Source of the DNA: Candidatus Bathyarchaeota archaeon | GTDB taxonomy: Archaea > Thermoproteota > Bathyarchaeia > Bathyarchaeales > Bathycorpusculaceae | Reading direction: 5' to 3' | DNA: 64,000 nucleotides | Assembly: GCA_963768425.1 (NCBI GenBank) | Contig: CAVYHV010000022.1 | Span: 32,001-96,000, forward strand | In this document: piece after piece, positions 10,877-20,142 of the stretch | Position numbering within the stretch: the first letter of the stretch is position 1 | How the letters are laid out: every line of letters begins with the position of its first letter | The notes under the pieces: model-generated | What the model was told of the DNA's origin: nothing | What the model saw: the letters and a program-made list of their open reading frames with translations, nothing else | Database searches by the model: none | Position numbers and translations under genes: made by a program

Positions 10877-10982
10877 TGGTGCGGTCACCGGGATTTGAAC
10901 CCGGGTTGTCAGGTTGGGAACCTTCCACAGCACGTCAGTAAGGCAATGCTTTGATGTCCTAACCAAGCTAGACTACGACCGC
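10877..10982 (-). tRNA. tRNA-Gly(CCC) with 29-nt intron (10923-10951) at non-canonical position 29/30; CCA encoded
   Basis: Acceptor GCGGTCG/TGACCGC-A-CCA; D-arm GTCT/GGAC; anticodon stem TCA^GG/CCTGA with loop TT-CCC-AA; T-arm CCGGG-TTCAAAT-CCCGG. Confidence 0.93.
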
Positions 10983-11078
10983 ATGAGTAATACTGAAATT
11001 GATTGGCTAAAATATAAAGAATGGCTCTCTCTAAGGTACAGTACGCATTACGTTGATAATGTCTTTGCTACTGGCTGA
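10983..11078 (+). pseudogene. Possible remnant of an SSV-type archaeal integrase abutting the tRNA
   Basis: MSNTEIDWLKYKEWLSLRYSTHYVDNVFATG*, in frame with the antisense tRNA reading; resemblance judged by eye only. Confidence 0.3.
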
Positions 11079-11206
11079 ATCCTTTAAACCCCAAGAACTT
11101 CTGGCTTGACAAGCCAAAAAACCAGCCAAAATGCAACTGCAGCTTCAAAGCAAGCATAATCGTTATTTCTGACATAACAGAAAGAATACCCGAGGAGAAC
11201 AACAGC

Positions 11207-12286
11207 TTGCCTAAAAACTACACTTACACCGACGCGGGCGTAAACCGGCAACAACGCGTCGAGTCAAAAAAAGTCCTAAAAGACCTGCAGGAAACCTACA
11301 AGCATAGCCACTTCGGAAACGTGATGCGCCTGCCATATGGCAACATCTTTCCAGTTGGAGAAAACACCTTTTTAGACCTTGTTATCGAAGGAGTGGGCAC
11401 CAAAGTTCTTCTGGCACAGATGGCGGGGAAATATGACACTATAGGCGTTGATGCGGTGGCGATGGCGGTGAACGATGTCATCCGTTCAGGAGCAAGACCA
11501 CTTGCAATAGCCGACAACATTCACGCGCAAGCCAGCGAACCACGCCTCGTAAGAGAGTGGCTCAAAGGAATCATTCAAGGCGCTGCAGAAGCAGAATGCC
11601 CAGTTACAGGCGGCGAAACAGGTGACGTCGCAGAAATAATAAAGGGTCTTGTCGACAACGCCGGCTTTGATATGGTCGTTGCCTCGGTCGGCACGGTTGA
11701 AAGGGAAGAAATCATCACTGGTGAAAACATCAAGCCAGAAGACCCAGTAATCGGCTTACCAAGCAGCGGATTGCATAGCAACGGTTTAACAATGGTTAGA
11801 AAAATCCTGTTCAAGCAGTGGGGAGGAAAATACATGCCGAACGATATTCCGGAAGGTTTGGAGAGGGAAGTCGTGCTTGAAACGTTGGAGCCGACAAAAA
11901 TCTATGTAAGGCCGCTTCTCAAAGTAGCGAAAAAGGTCAAAGTCAAAGCGGCAGTCCACATAACCGGCGACGCCTACATGAAATTCAACAACTTGGCAAA
12001 TTATTCGCCGGGAATAGGCTTCGAATTTACCAACTTCAAACCGCAACCTATCTTCGCACTAATCCAAAAAACCGCATCCGAACTAGGCTACTGCATTTCT
12101 GATGAGGAAATGTTCAAAACCTTCAACATGGGATGGGGCTTCGGAATAATCGTTGATAAATCTGAAGCTGACAAAGCCATGAGCATGCTAGAGCAAGAAG
12201 GCGCAAAGCCTGAAATTATAGGCAAAGTGACAGGGAAACAAAATGTTGAAATAAAGCACAAAAACAAAAAGCTTGTTTTGACGTAA
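11207..12286 (+). CDS. purM: Phosphoribosylformylglycinamidine cyclo-ligase (AIR synthetase)
   Basis: YTDAGV, EGVGTK, AMAVND, GGETG, SSGLHSNG, HITG, TFNMGWG. Confidence 0.93.
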   Translation: MPKNYTYTDAGVNRQQRVESKKVLKDLQETYKHSHFGNVMRLPYGNIFPVGENTFLDLVIEGVGTKVLLAQMAGKYDTIGVDAVAMAVNDVIRSGARPLAIADNIHAQASEPRLVREWLKGIIQGAAEAECPVTGGETGDVAEIIKGLVDNAGFDMVVASVGTVEREEIITGENIKPEDPVIGLPSSGLHSNGLTMVRKILFKQWGGKYMPNDIPEGLEREVVLETLEPTKIYVRPLLKVAKKVKVKAAVHITGDAYMKFNNLANYSPGIGFEFTNFKPQPIFALIQKTASELGYCISDEEMFKTFNMGWGFGIIVDKSEADKAMSMLEQEGAKPEIIGKVTGKQNVEIKHKNKKLVLT

Positions 12287-12345
12287 AGTTTTGCGTTTTT
12301 TATGTCGAAAGCGTTTAAATCTTGAAGCATAATTTAAAGAATTTT

Positions 12346-12594
12346 ATGAAATACCGAGCGAAAATCGAAGTAAGCCTCAAACCAGGCCACAGCAACCCTG
12401 AAGGAGAAACAACAGCCCGTCTGCTGAAGGAACTCGGCTACAAAGTAGAAGCTGTGGAAGTAAGCAAACTCTACATAGTCTCGCTTGAAGCTCAAACGGC
12501 TAAAGAGGCAAATGCCAAGGCGGAAGAAATGAGCAAACGGCTCCTCGCAAACCCAACCAAAGACAACTACACCATCATCCTTGAGGAGCAATAA
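12346..12594 (+). CDS. purS: FGAM synthase subunit PurS
   Basis: LKPGHSNPEG, LLANP; between purM and purL. Confidence 0.92.
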   Translation: MKYRAKIEVSLKPGHSNPEGETTARLLKELGYKVEAVEVSKLYIVSLEAQTAKEANAKAEEMSKRLLANPTKDNYTIILEEQ

Positions 12595-14978
12595 TGAACT
12601 CTAACATTTTCCACCCATGCAAAACAAATTATGCTCTCTACGAAGCAGTCTTAAAAGAAGCTAGCGATCAGCAACTCGCCGAACTCAATAATGAATTGGC
12701 CTTGGGATTGAGCCTTGAAGAAATGAAAAGTATCCAAGACTACTTCAAAGCAGAAGGCAGAAACCCAACTGACGTGGAGCTTCAAACCATCAGCCAAACA
12801 TGGTCCGAACACTGCTACCACAAGACCTTCAAAGGAAAAATCCTTCTCGACGGCAAAGAAATCGACAGCCTCTTCAAAACCTACATTGCAAAAGCGACCA
12901 AACAAATCAAAGCACCTTGGTGCTTTAGCGTCTTCGAAGACAATGCAGGCATCGTCCGCTTCGACCTTGGCTACGGCATAGCCGCAAAAGTCGAAACCCA
13001 TAACCACCCCTCTGCCGTAGAACCCTTCGGCGGAGCAGCCACTGGAGTCGGCGGCGTAATCAGGGACATATTAGGCGTGTGGGCTGATCCGATCGCATGC
13101 ACAGACGTTTTAGGCTTTGGACCGCTCGATTACGATTACAACAAACTTCCGGCAGGCGTGAAACATCCCAAGTACGTTTACATGGGCGTCACCGCGGGCA
13201 TAAGCGCCTACGGAAACAACATGGGGATTCCAACAGTCAACGGAGCAATTTACTTTGATGAAAGCTACACAGGCAACGTCACCGTATACTGTGGATGTAT
13301 AGGACTTCTTCCCCTTGCAAAATTTACAAAAAATGCCAAGCCAGGGCACATTTTGGTTTTGGCAGGTGGAAAAACTGGACGTGACGGTATTCACGGCGTA
13401 ACATTTGCCTCAGCGGAATTGACTGAGAAATCTGAGGAAATTTCTCGACCGGCTGTCCAAATTGCCGATCCAATTGAAGAAGAGAAAGTGAAAAGGGCGA
13501 TAATTGATATTCGCGATCTTCAACTTGCTTCCGCGACAACTGACCTTGGCGGAGGGGGATTATCATCGGCGGTAGGGGAAACAGCGGAGCGGTTCAACTG
13601 CGGAGTAACCATCGACCTCGCCAAGGTGCCGCTGAAGCATATTGGTTTGGCTCCGTGGGAGGTTTACATTTCAGAATCCCAAGAAAGAATGCTCATAACG
13701 GTTCCTCCTGAAAACCTGGAAAGGGTTATGGAGGTTTTTGAAAAAGAAGACGTGGAAGCAACGGCAATTGGCAAACTCACAACTGAACGTCGTCTGAAAC
13801 TCAATTTTAACGGCGAAAAAGTTGGTGACATGGATATGGCATTCCTGTTTAATCCATGCAGCAGCATGAAAACAGCCAGCATCGAAACTCAAACATTCGT
13901 CGAACCCCAATTTCCTGCTCCCGAGAGCTTCACCGATACTCTGCTTCAGTTGCTTGCCGCGCCTAACATCGCCAGCAAAGAAAGCGTCATACGCACATAT
14001 GACCATGAAGTTAAAGGTAACACGACACTAAAACCTCTTCAAGGAGTGTACGCTGGACCAAACGATGCCGCCGTACTCAAACCGCTTGACAATTCATGGA
14101 GAGGTCTCGCGATTTCCTGCGGCATGAACCCGAATTACGGCAAAATTGACCCATACTGGATGGCGGCTTCCGCGATTGACGAGGCGGTTAGAAACAACGT
14201 TGCTGTTGGGGGAAGAAGGATCGCTTTGCTTGATAATTTCACTTGGGGTAACCCTGAGAAGCCAGAGCGTTTAGGCTCATTGGTTCGGGCTTGTGAGGCA
14301 TGCTATGATTTCGCCGTCGAGTTTAAGACGCCATTTATCTCGGGAAAAGACAGCTTATACAATGAATCCCCGATGGGTCCCATAACGCCCACACTGCTAA
14401 TTACAGCTGTAGGCATAGTTCCCAACCTTCAATTCGTCACTTCTATGGATCTGAAGTCGCCAGGTAACTTGCTTTACATTGTAGGCGAAACCTTCAACGA
14501 ACTCGGAGGCTCAGAATACTACAAGCTCAAGGGCTACTTGGGATCAAGCGTTCCAAAAGTTAAAGGCGCCAAAGCCAAACGCACATTCAGAGCAGTAACC
14601 AAAGCCATAGATTCAGGCTTAGTCAGGTCATGCCATGACCTCTCCGAAGGTGGGTTGGCGGTCGCGGCTGCGGAGATGGCGTTTGCGGGCGGCTATGGTT
14701 TGAACTTGGATTTATGCAAGGTGCCTGGCAAAGGTCTGGAGCGCAACGATTTCGTGTTGTTTTCTGAGTCGAATAGCCGATTCCTGCTGGAAGTGTCAGA
14801 GCGGGACAAAGAAGACTTTGAGGCAAAAATGAAAGATAAGCCCTTCGCTCAAATCGGCACGGTCACTAGGGAAGAGCGGCTTGTCATTAACGGGTTGGGC
14901 AAGAAAATGGTTGTCGACGCTTCAATTGCAGAGTTGCGGAAAAGCTGGAAGAAAACGTTCGGGGTAGAAACAAAATGA
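12594..14978 (+). CDS. purL: FGAM synthase subunit PurL
   Basis: WSEHCYHK, KVETHNHPSAVEPFGGAATGVGG, DLGGGG, SESQERM, HDLSEGG, FSES. Confidence 0.97.
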   Translation: MNSNIFHPCKTNYALYEAVLKEASDQQLAELNNELALGLSLEEMKSIQDYFKAEGRNPTDVELQTISQTWSEHCYHKTFKGKILLDGKEIDSLFKTYIAKATKQIKAPWCFSVFEDNAGIVRFDLGYGIAAKVETHNHPSAVEPFGGAATGVGGVIRDILGVWADPIACTDVLGFGPLDYDYNKLPAGVKHPKYVYMGVTAGISAYGNNMGIPTVNGAIYFDESYTGNVTVYCGCIGLLPLAKFTKNAKPGHILVLAGGKTGRDGIHGVTFASAELTEKSEEISRPAVQIADPIEEEKVKRAIIDIRDLQLASATTDLGGGGLSSAVGETAERFNCGVTIDLAKVPLKHIGLAPWEVYISESQERMLITVPPENLERVMEVFEKEDVEATAIGKLTTERRLKLNFNGEKVGDMDMAFLFNPCSSMKTASIETQTFVEPQFPAPESFTDTLLQLLAAPNIASKESVIRTYDHEVKGNTTLKPLQGVYAGPNDAAVLKPLDNSWRGLAISCGMNPNYGKIDPYWMAASAIDEAVRNNVAVGGRRIALLDNFTWGNPEKPERLGSLVRACEACYDFAVEFKTPFISGKDSLYNESPMGPITPTLLITAVGIVPNLQFVTSMDLKSPGNLLYIVGETFNELGGSEYYKLKGYLGSSVPKVKGAKAKRTFRAVTKAIDSGLVRSCHDLSEGGLAVAAAEMAFAGGYGLNLDLCKVPGKGLERNDFVLFSESNSRFLLEVSERDKEDFEAKMKDKPFAQIGTVTREERLVINGLGKKMVVDASIAELRKSWKKTFGVETK

Positions 14979-15797
14979 AGCAGGAAGAAATCAAAGCCTG
15001 TGTCATGCGCGTCGGCGGAACCAATTGTGACGCTGAAACACAGCGAGCTTTCCAAGAGTTAGGCATTCAGGTTGATGTCCTGACACGTAAACGAACTGGT
15101 GAAACTGCATAACCTACTTGATTATCAAGTGCTGATTTTCCCAGGCGGCTTCTCTTTTGGAGATTACGTGCGTTCAGGTGTAATTTTTGCAAGGCATCTT
15201 AGCGCGAAGTTAGGCAAAGAAATGGAAACGTTCATCGACGAAGGCAGACCAATTCTGGGTATATGCAACGGCTTCCAAATAATGGTTGAATACGGTTTGC
15301 TACCGGGATTCAAAGGTGTAAGTTCATATCCAGAAGCCACATTGACGACAAATGAGCCTGCAGGCTTCAAGTGCCAGTGGATTTACCTTAAACATGAAAA
15401 CCGCGGAAAATGCGCCTTCACAAATAAAATCGCTCCTAACAAAGTGCTTCGAATGCCTATTGCCCATGGGGAAGGCCGGTTGCTTTTCCCGAAAGAAAAA
15501 GAGGAAGCGTTGCTGGCAGAACTCGTCGAAAACGACATGGTTGTTTTCCGTTATTGCGACAATGACGGCAACGTCGCCGACGGAAAATACCCAGTTAACC
15601 CAAACGGGTCATTCTACGACATCGCTGGCATATGCAACAGAGAAGGTAACATATTCGGACTGATGCCTCACCCAGAAAGAGCCATGTTCTGGTGGCAGCA
15701 ACCCGATTGGACGCAACAACAACAGATGCCTCACTACGGGGATGGAAAACTAATCTTCCAAAGCATAATCGATAGACTAACCAAAAAATGCCCTTAG
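14975..15797 (+). CDS. purQ: FGAM synthase glutaminase PurQ; +1 frameshift near 15082
   Basis: MKQEEIKACVMRVGGTNCDAET from 14975 joins PGGFSFGD, GICNGFQ, AHGEG, NPNGS, GLMPHPER. Confidence 0.93.
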
Positions 15798-16694
15798 ATC
15801 TTCTGAAGAAGGCAAACCCGCGCGAGCACCCATCTGCGCGACGCATCTTGAAGCAACAAAATTGCCGAAGCGCCCGCATTCGAACAGGCTTTTCTCTTTG
15901 ATTAATCCGTAAAGAAATCCAGCGCAGAAAGCATCCCCTGCACCAGTTGTGTCGACTACTTTAACTTTGAAAGGCTCAATTCTCAGCCTTTCCTCCCCAT
16001 CCGTGACGTAGCAGCCCTTTTCCCCGAGCTTGACCGCGACAATTTTGACTCCTGCATCAAGCATCAAATCTGATGCTCTGCGGATATCAGGTTCTCCGGT
16101 TAAAAGTTCAAGTTCGCCAATATTTGGCATCAAAATGTAGGAGCTTCGAATTATCGGCTCTATAGCCGCAAAACCTTTCTGTGCATACAATGAACCAGGG
16201 TCAAAGCTGATTTTGACATTTGTACTTAATGCGCCTAAGAGCTTTTTTTGCGCCCGAAAAGATTTCTCACCAACAAAGGATGAGTAATGCAGAAACTTCG
16301 TTTCAGAGGGGTATGTGTAATTGATTTCCCGAGGCTCAATCGTGTCGTTGACGCCCGGATTGACGTATAGTGCTCTTGCGCCTTTCTTGTCTACGAATCC
16401 TAAGACTGAACCGCTTTTTCCATGCTTAGCCTGAATTATACCTGCCGTGTCGACTCCTTCAGTTTTGAAACAGTCAATTTGCAGTTTGCCTTCCCTGTCA
16501 TCCGCCACTTTTCCGATGAAGCCAACTTTGCAGCCTAGTCTTGCTAACCCAACTGCAGTGTTGGCCGCTGAGCCGCCGCAGGATTCCTTGTAATCTTCAA
16601 CGAAGCTTTCTTCCTCCGCGCCAGCCAATCGTTCAACTTTCAGAAGGGTATCAACGTTAAGCGCGCCGAAACCTACAAAATCAAATTTTGTCAC
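15777..16694 (-). CDS. PfkB/ribokinase-family kinase (EhaT-like)
   Basis: GGSAANTA, FDPG, PN, KLGEKG, DTTGAGDAF; 4-bp GTGA overlap with the Ftr-like gene. Confidence 0.92.
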   Translation of the reverse strand: MTKFDFVGFGALNVDTLLKVERLAGAEEESFVEDYKESCGGSAANTAVGLARLGCKVGFIGKVADDREGKLQIDCFKTEGVDTAGIIQAKHGKSGSVLGFVDKKGARALYVNPGVNDTIEPREINYTYPSETKFLHYSSFVGEKSFRAQKKLLGALSTNVKISFDPGSLYAQKGFAAIEPIIRSSYILMPNIGELELLTGEPDIRRASDLMLDAGVKIVAVKLGEKGCYVTDGEERLRIEPFKVKVVDTTGAGDAFCAGFLYGLIKEKSLFECGRFGNFVASRCVAQMGARAGLPSSEDLRAFFG

Positions 16695-17599
16695 GAAAAT
16701 AACTCCTTCAAGTTAATTTTGTGATCGCCCAATTTGCCGCCGTAGTTTCCCGCGGAAACCTTCATCATCCCATCAACATCAAGCACAGCTTCGATTCCTA
16801 CCTTGGTTGCCCGCTTTACCGCGTCTAAAGAGACCCCGTTAAAGACTATTTCGGCTATGTAGCCCACGCCGTCGGGCACAAGGGATTCTTTGCCCAACTT
16901 CTTCTTAAGGGATGGACAGTAAAGGTGATTTGTAGTGGGTCCAATCTTGGGAAAATGGGTTTCTGGTTTAGAACCCGCTGAGCAAACATCGAAGGGTGTG
17001 ACAACGCCAGACAATTCGTGTATTGCAACTAAGGCTTTCTCACCCGCAGACTTTAGAGCTTGTTTGGTTTTACAAAGAACCCAAAAATTGCCGCCCATAA
17101 CCCCGCGAGCGTAGCCAAGGTAACGTTCAATCACGAAGTCTGGAACCATCAATGGAACCACGATTACTTCTCTACCGAACCGTTTTTCAACCCACTCATA
17201 ACCATCGCCGCAGTGTCCAACAGTCTCCATCAGGTCCAGTTTGCCCTCAGGGTTTGGCAGGGCATCATAGACGGCAGTGAAGGGCTTAACTAAGATGTCT
17301 TGGCGGATGCGGTAAGAAAGTTCAGTCTCGAATTTCTTTACGGATTGTTCAAAGGTTTTTTTAGGGTTGATTTCTCCCCAGAACTGCAGCAGCACACCCA
17401 AGCGTTGGTCTGGGGTTTCCTTTTGACTGAGATATCTTTCAACTCCGCCCTCTGTTCTGCCGATTACAACAGAAGGGGTTGCCGTCGAATCCTCAGCCGC
17501 CTTACGCAGGGTTTCCTCGTCGTCGGCGGTAACAATTACACGACAAAAAAGTCCAGTAAAAGCCTCAGCGTACGTGTCATCTATCTCCAGTTTCGCCAT
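16691..17599 (-). CDS. ftr: Formylmethanofuran:H4MPT formyltransferase-like protein (Ftr paralogue, EhaS/FtrII-like)
   Basis: IDDTYAEAF, ETPDQRLG, GGNFW, SAGSK, TTNHLYCPSL, EIVFNG, SAGNYGGKLG; divergent core RIRQDILVKPFT; ATG 1 nt after the upstream stop. Confidence 0.88.
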   Translation of the reverse strand: MAKLEIDDTYAEAFTGLFCRVIVTADDEETLRKAAEDSTATPSVVIGRTEGGVERYLSQKETPDQRLGVLLQFWGEINPKKTFEQSVKKFETELSYRIRQDILVKPFTAVYDALPNPEGKLDLMETVGHCGDGYEWVEKRFGREVIVVPLMVPDFVIERYLGYARGVMGGNFWVLCKTKQALKSAGEKALVAIHELSGVVTPFDVCSAGSKPETHFPKIGPTTNHLYCPSLKKKLGKESLVPDGVGYIAEIVFNGVSLDAVKRATKVGIEAVLDVDGMMKVSAGNYGGKLGDHKINLKELFS

Positions 17600-17600
17600 A

Positions 17601-18683
17601 TCACCCGAGTTTCCCAACTGCTACTCCTCGCACTTTCTTTCTAAACTCGCTACTTTCTTTTATTAGTATTTCCATGTTTTGGTCTGTCACTATTTTCGCT
17701 TTGGGCAACGCATCAGGATACAACTGCGAAAGCTGTTTGAGCAAAGAAGAGTCAACTTCGCTGTTGTTGAGGATTTCGTAACTCCAACCTTGAAGAGTAT
17801 TGAGAGCTTTTTCTTTCCCGAATCTGCAGAACAAATCTGCAATAACAGCTGTGACAAGGCTACTTTCTGACAAAACCGCGACTTCGGCGTTTCTAACAGC
17901 ATACCCGTTGCCGTTGAAGGAAACTGTTAATCCGCCGCTCTCGCGCACCAGCCTGAAGGCTTCCACGTCGGTGATGCTGTCACCAACGTACAAAACTTCT
18001 GATAGTTCTGAGCCCAAACGTTTCACTGTATCTCGAATTGCCTCAGCCTTTTGTTCCCCACCGACGGTTACGATGTCTGTGAGGAATTTGCCGACGAACA
18101 TCTTTGGGATTAAACTCCAGAAGATCTCATCCAAGCGTTTGATAGCTTCTTGATCAACAAATGAGAAATCTTCGATGGTTCTTGCAGATGCAGAAATATC
18201 TATTAAGGGCATTTTTGCGATTTCTTGGGCTACCTGTTTTAGGCGGTCTTTTTCGTGGGGGGTGATTCCGCATTTGTCGAGTTTAAGTTTGGTGCAGTAG
18301 GTATTTTTGTATGGGAAATCTGTGGCTTTGCAGAGTGCTTTGATGTAGTGTTCGTAGCTGGTGCTGACGATGAATGCGTCGGCGATGTCTTGCACATGGT
18401 TTATTGTGGTTTGGCTGTTGGCGATTAGGAGAATGTTGTCGGCGGAGAACTCGTCCATCTGCTTGTCTGAGAGGCTGTACGCTTTGAAAAAAGGCAAAAT
18501 AAGCTTCAGAGTGCTTCCAGCGGAGTAGCACGGTTTGTGCAGAACATCAGCAAGCACGTCGTCGTACTTGCTTATGTTTGTGAATAGCTTGTCGCCGTTG
18601 GGAATAAAATTCGCGGCTAACTCGAAGGCATTATCGTTTTTGCTTATTGGTCCCTCGCAGTCGGAAATGAACACACGTTTCAC
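17601..18683 (-). CDS. HAD-superfamily hydrolase, EhaR/COG4030-like
   Basis: SDCEGPISKNDNAFE (motif I), IVSTSY (II), K, YVGDSITD (IV), SFNGN; 4-bp overlap with the purD stop. Confidence 0.85.
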   Translation of the reverse strand: MKRVFISDCEGPISKNDNAFELAANFIPNGDKLFTNISKYDDVLADVLHKPCYSAGSTLKLILPFFKAYSLSDKQMDEFSADNILLIANSQTTINHVQDIADAFIVSTSYEHYIKALCKATDFPYKNTYCTKLKLDKCGITPHEKDRLKQVAQEIAKMPLIDISASARTIEDFSFVDQEAIKRLDEIFWSLIPKMFVGKFLTDIVTVGGEQKAEAIRDTVKRLGSELSEVLYVGDSITDVEAFRLVRESGGLTVSFNGNGYAVRNAEVAVLSESSLVTAVIADLFCRFGKEKALNTLQGWSYEILNNSEVDSSLLKQLSQLYPDALPKAKIVTDQNMEILIKESSEFRKKVRGVAVGKLG

Positions 18684-20095
18684 GCTTTGCCCCTCAAACT
18701 CTCCATGTGCCTGACCGCTTTAGCGATATGCTGCTTTGAGGCGACATCAGTTCGGCTCCACAACCCGCCGCCACTGATTGCCCGAGTACCTTCAAGGCTT
18801 ATGCTGCGTGCTTCCTCGATGTTCGCCCCTATGCCTAAAACACCAACGGCGCGGGATTTGAGCGCGAAGTTTTTGCCATCCCTCGTCTCCATCGAGCCGG
18901 GGTAGACGCGGATACGGTTGCCGTATTTCTTAGTGAGTGCCTGGGCTTTCGACAGATCAACTGAAGTGTTAGCCTCCTCCTTGTTGGCTTTGTTCGGGAA
19001 GGCTTCCGCGTAGCCTCCGTACTCAAGCGGGACTTTATATGTTAAAACTGACGCGGCATTCTCCATTTTGACGCTTGTCAAGTTTCCTTCTATCATATTG
19101 AAGCAGACGTCGACAAAGTCGTCTTTGATTAGCGCGAGAAGATTGATGATTTCTGGATCTCCTGGGCGACTGTTGTTCTCGAGAACTTTGATACCGTGGC
19201 CTGTATGCATAAAGGCAAGGTAGAGCGGGATACCTCTAAGGGCGGAGTCATCTTTGATTTTGGCTTTCCATCCTTTGAAAATCTTATTGGCCAAGGTGAG
19301 CTCCTCTTCGCGTTCAGCCGCAGTTAGAAAAGGCATTTTGTCGTCAATGTCCTTGTATGAGCCCATGCCTCCCGTGTTCGGGCCACGGTCGTCGTCAAAG
19401 GCACGTTTGTAATCGCGCGTGTCTGGAAGGGCAACGAAATGCTTGCCATCGCAGAACGCCATGAAACTGGATTCTTCCCCATCAATTTTCTCTTCGATTA
19501 TTACGCTGCCATACCTGAAGTTGGACATAAAATGCTCAAAAAGTTCCCCGCGGTTAGCGAAATGGTCGCCCCAAACGCCCACACCTTTCCCAAGTGCCGG
19601 TTTATCAGGTTTAACGACAGCCTGATTATCAAGTTCATCAAGCCAACGCCAAACAGCGCCCTTAACATCTCCAGATTCCTTGTACTCAGTGGGGCTGAAA
19701 ACTTTGAACCGCGGGTTTGCTTCCGGCGCAATCTCGTCGAAAAGGACGCGCTGCTCCACTTTGCTTACTTCTATGGCGTACTGTTGCTTTGGGCAGATAA
19801 CGGGTATGCCTGTTGATTTTTCAATTTGGTCGCGGACGCCGTCTATTATGGGTTTTTCTGACCCGACCAGGACGAAGTCGATTCTGTCTTTGTTTGCTTG
19901 GGCGAATTTGCATATCTCCTTCACATCAAGGCTAGGGATAACGGCGTGTTTTGAAGCTTTCTCAGCATTGTAGGAGTTGCGTTGTTTATCAGCGATATAG
20001 AGTTCCACTTGGTAACGTGTGCTTTGCAGCAACGCGTCGACCATGGCGACCTCTCTTGCACCGTAAGAAATTACGAGTACGCCTATTTTCTCCAT
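18680..20095 (-). CDS. purD: Phosphoribosylamine-glycine ligase (GAR synthetase)
   Basis: GARE, GKGV, IEEKIDGEE, DYKRAFDDDRGPNTGGMG, ENNSRPGDPE; probable ATG at 20095. Confidence 0.95.
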   Translation of the reverse strand: MEKIGVLVISYGAREVAMVDALLQSTRYQVELYIADKQRNSYNAEKASKHAVIPSLDVKEICKFAQANKDRIDFVLVGSEKPIIDGVRDQIEKSTGIPVICPKQQYAIEVSKVEQRVLFDEIAPEANPRFKVFSPTEYKESGDVKGAVWRWLDELDNQAVVKPDKPALGKGVGVWGDHFANRGELFEHFMSNFRYGSVIIEEKIDGEESSFMAFCDGKHFVALPDTRDYKRAFDDDRGPNTGGMGSYKDIDDKMPFLTAAEREEELTLANKIFKGWKAKIKDDSALRGIPLYLAFMHTGHGIKVLENNSRPGDPEIINLLALIKDDFVDVCFNMIEGNLTSVKMENAASVLTYKVPLEYGGYAEAFPNKANKEEANTSVDLSKAQALTKKYGNRIRVYPGSMETRDGKNFALKSRAVGVLGIGANIEEARSISLEGTRAISGGGLWSRTDVASKQHIAKAVRHMESLRGKA

Positions 20096-20142
20096 AATGG
20101 TTACACCTGTAACTGCAAGCGGCAAGAAGGTTGAGGGTTGTG

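Noticed and set aside
10785-10928. N-terminal extension of the 130-aa track ORF
   Set aside because: It is a translation of the tRNA-Gly sequence; the zinc-ribbon protein more plausibly starts at 10784.
15060-15100. Programmed frameshifting in purQ (and cdhA)
   Set aside because: No slippery heptamer or stimulatory structure seen; similar indels are scattered across the window.
16691-18683. Eha hydrogenase or methanogenesis inferred from ehaR-like and ftr genes
   Set aside because: No hydrogenase, mcr or mtr genes in the window; the genes are coupled to purD instead.
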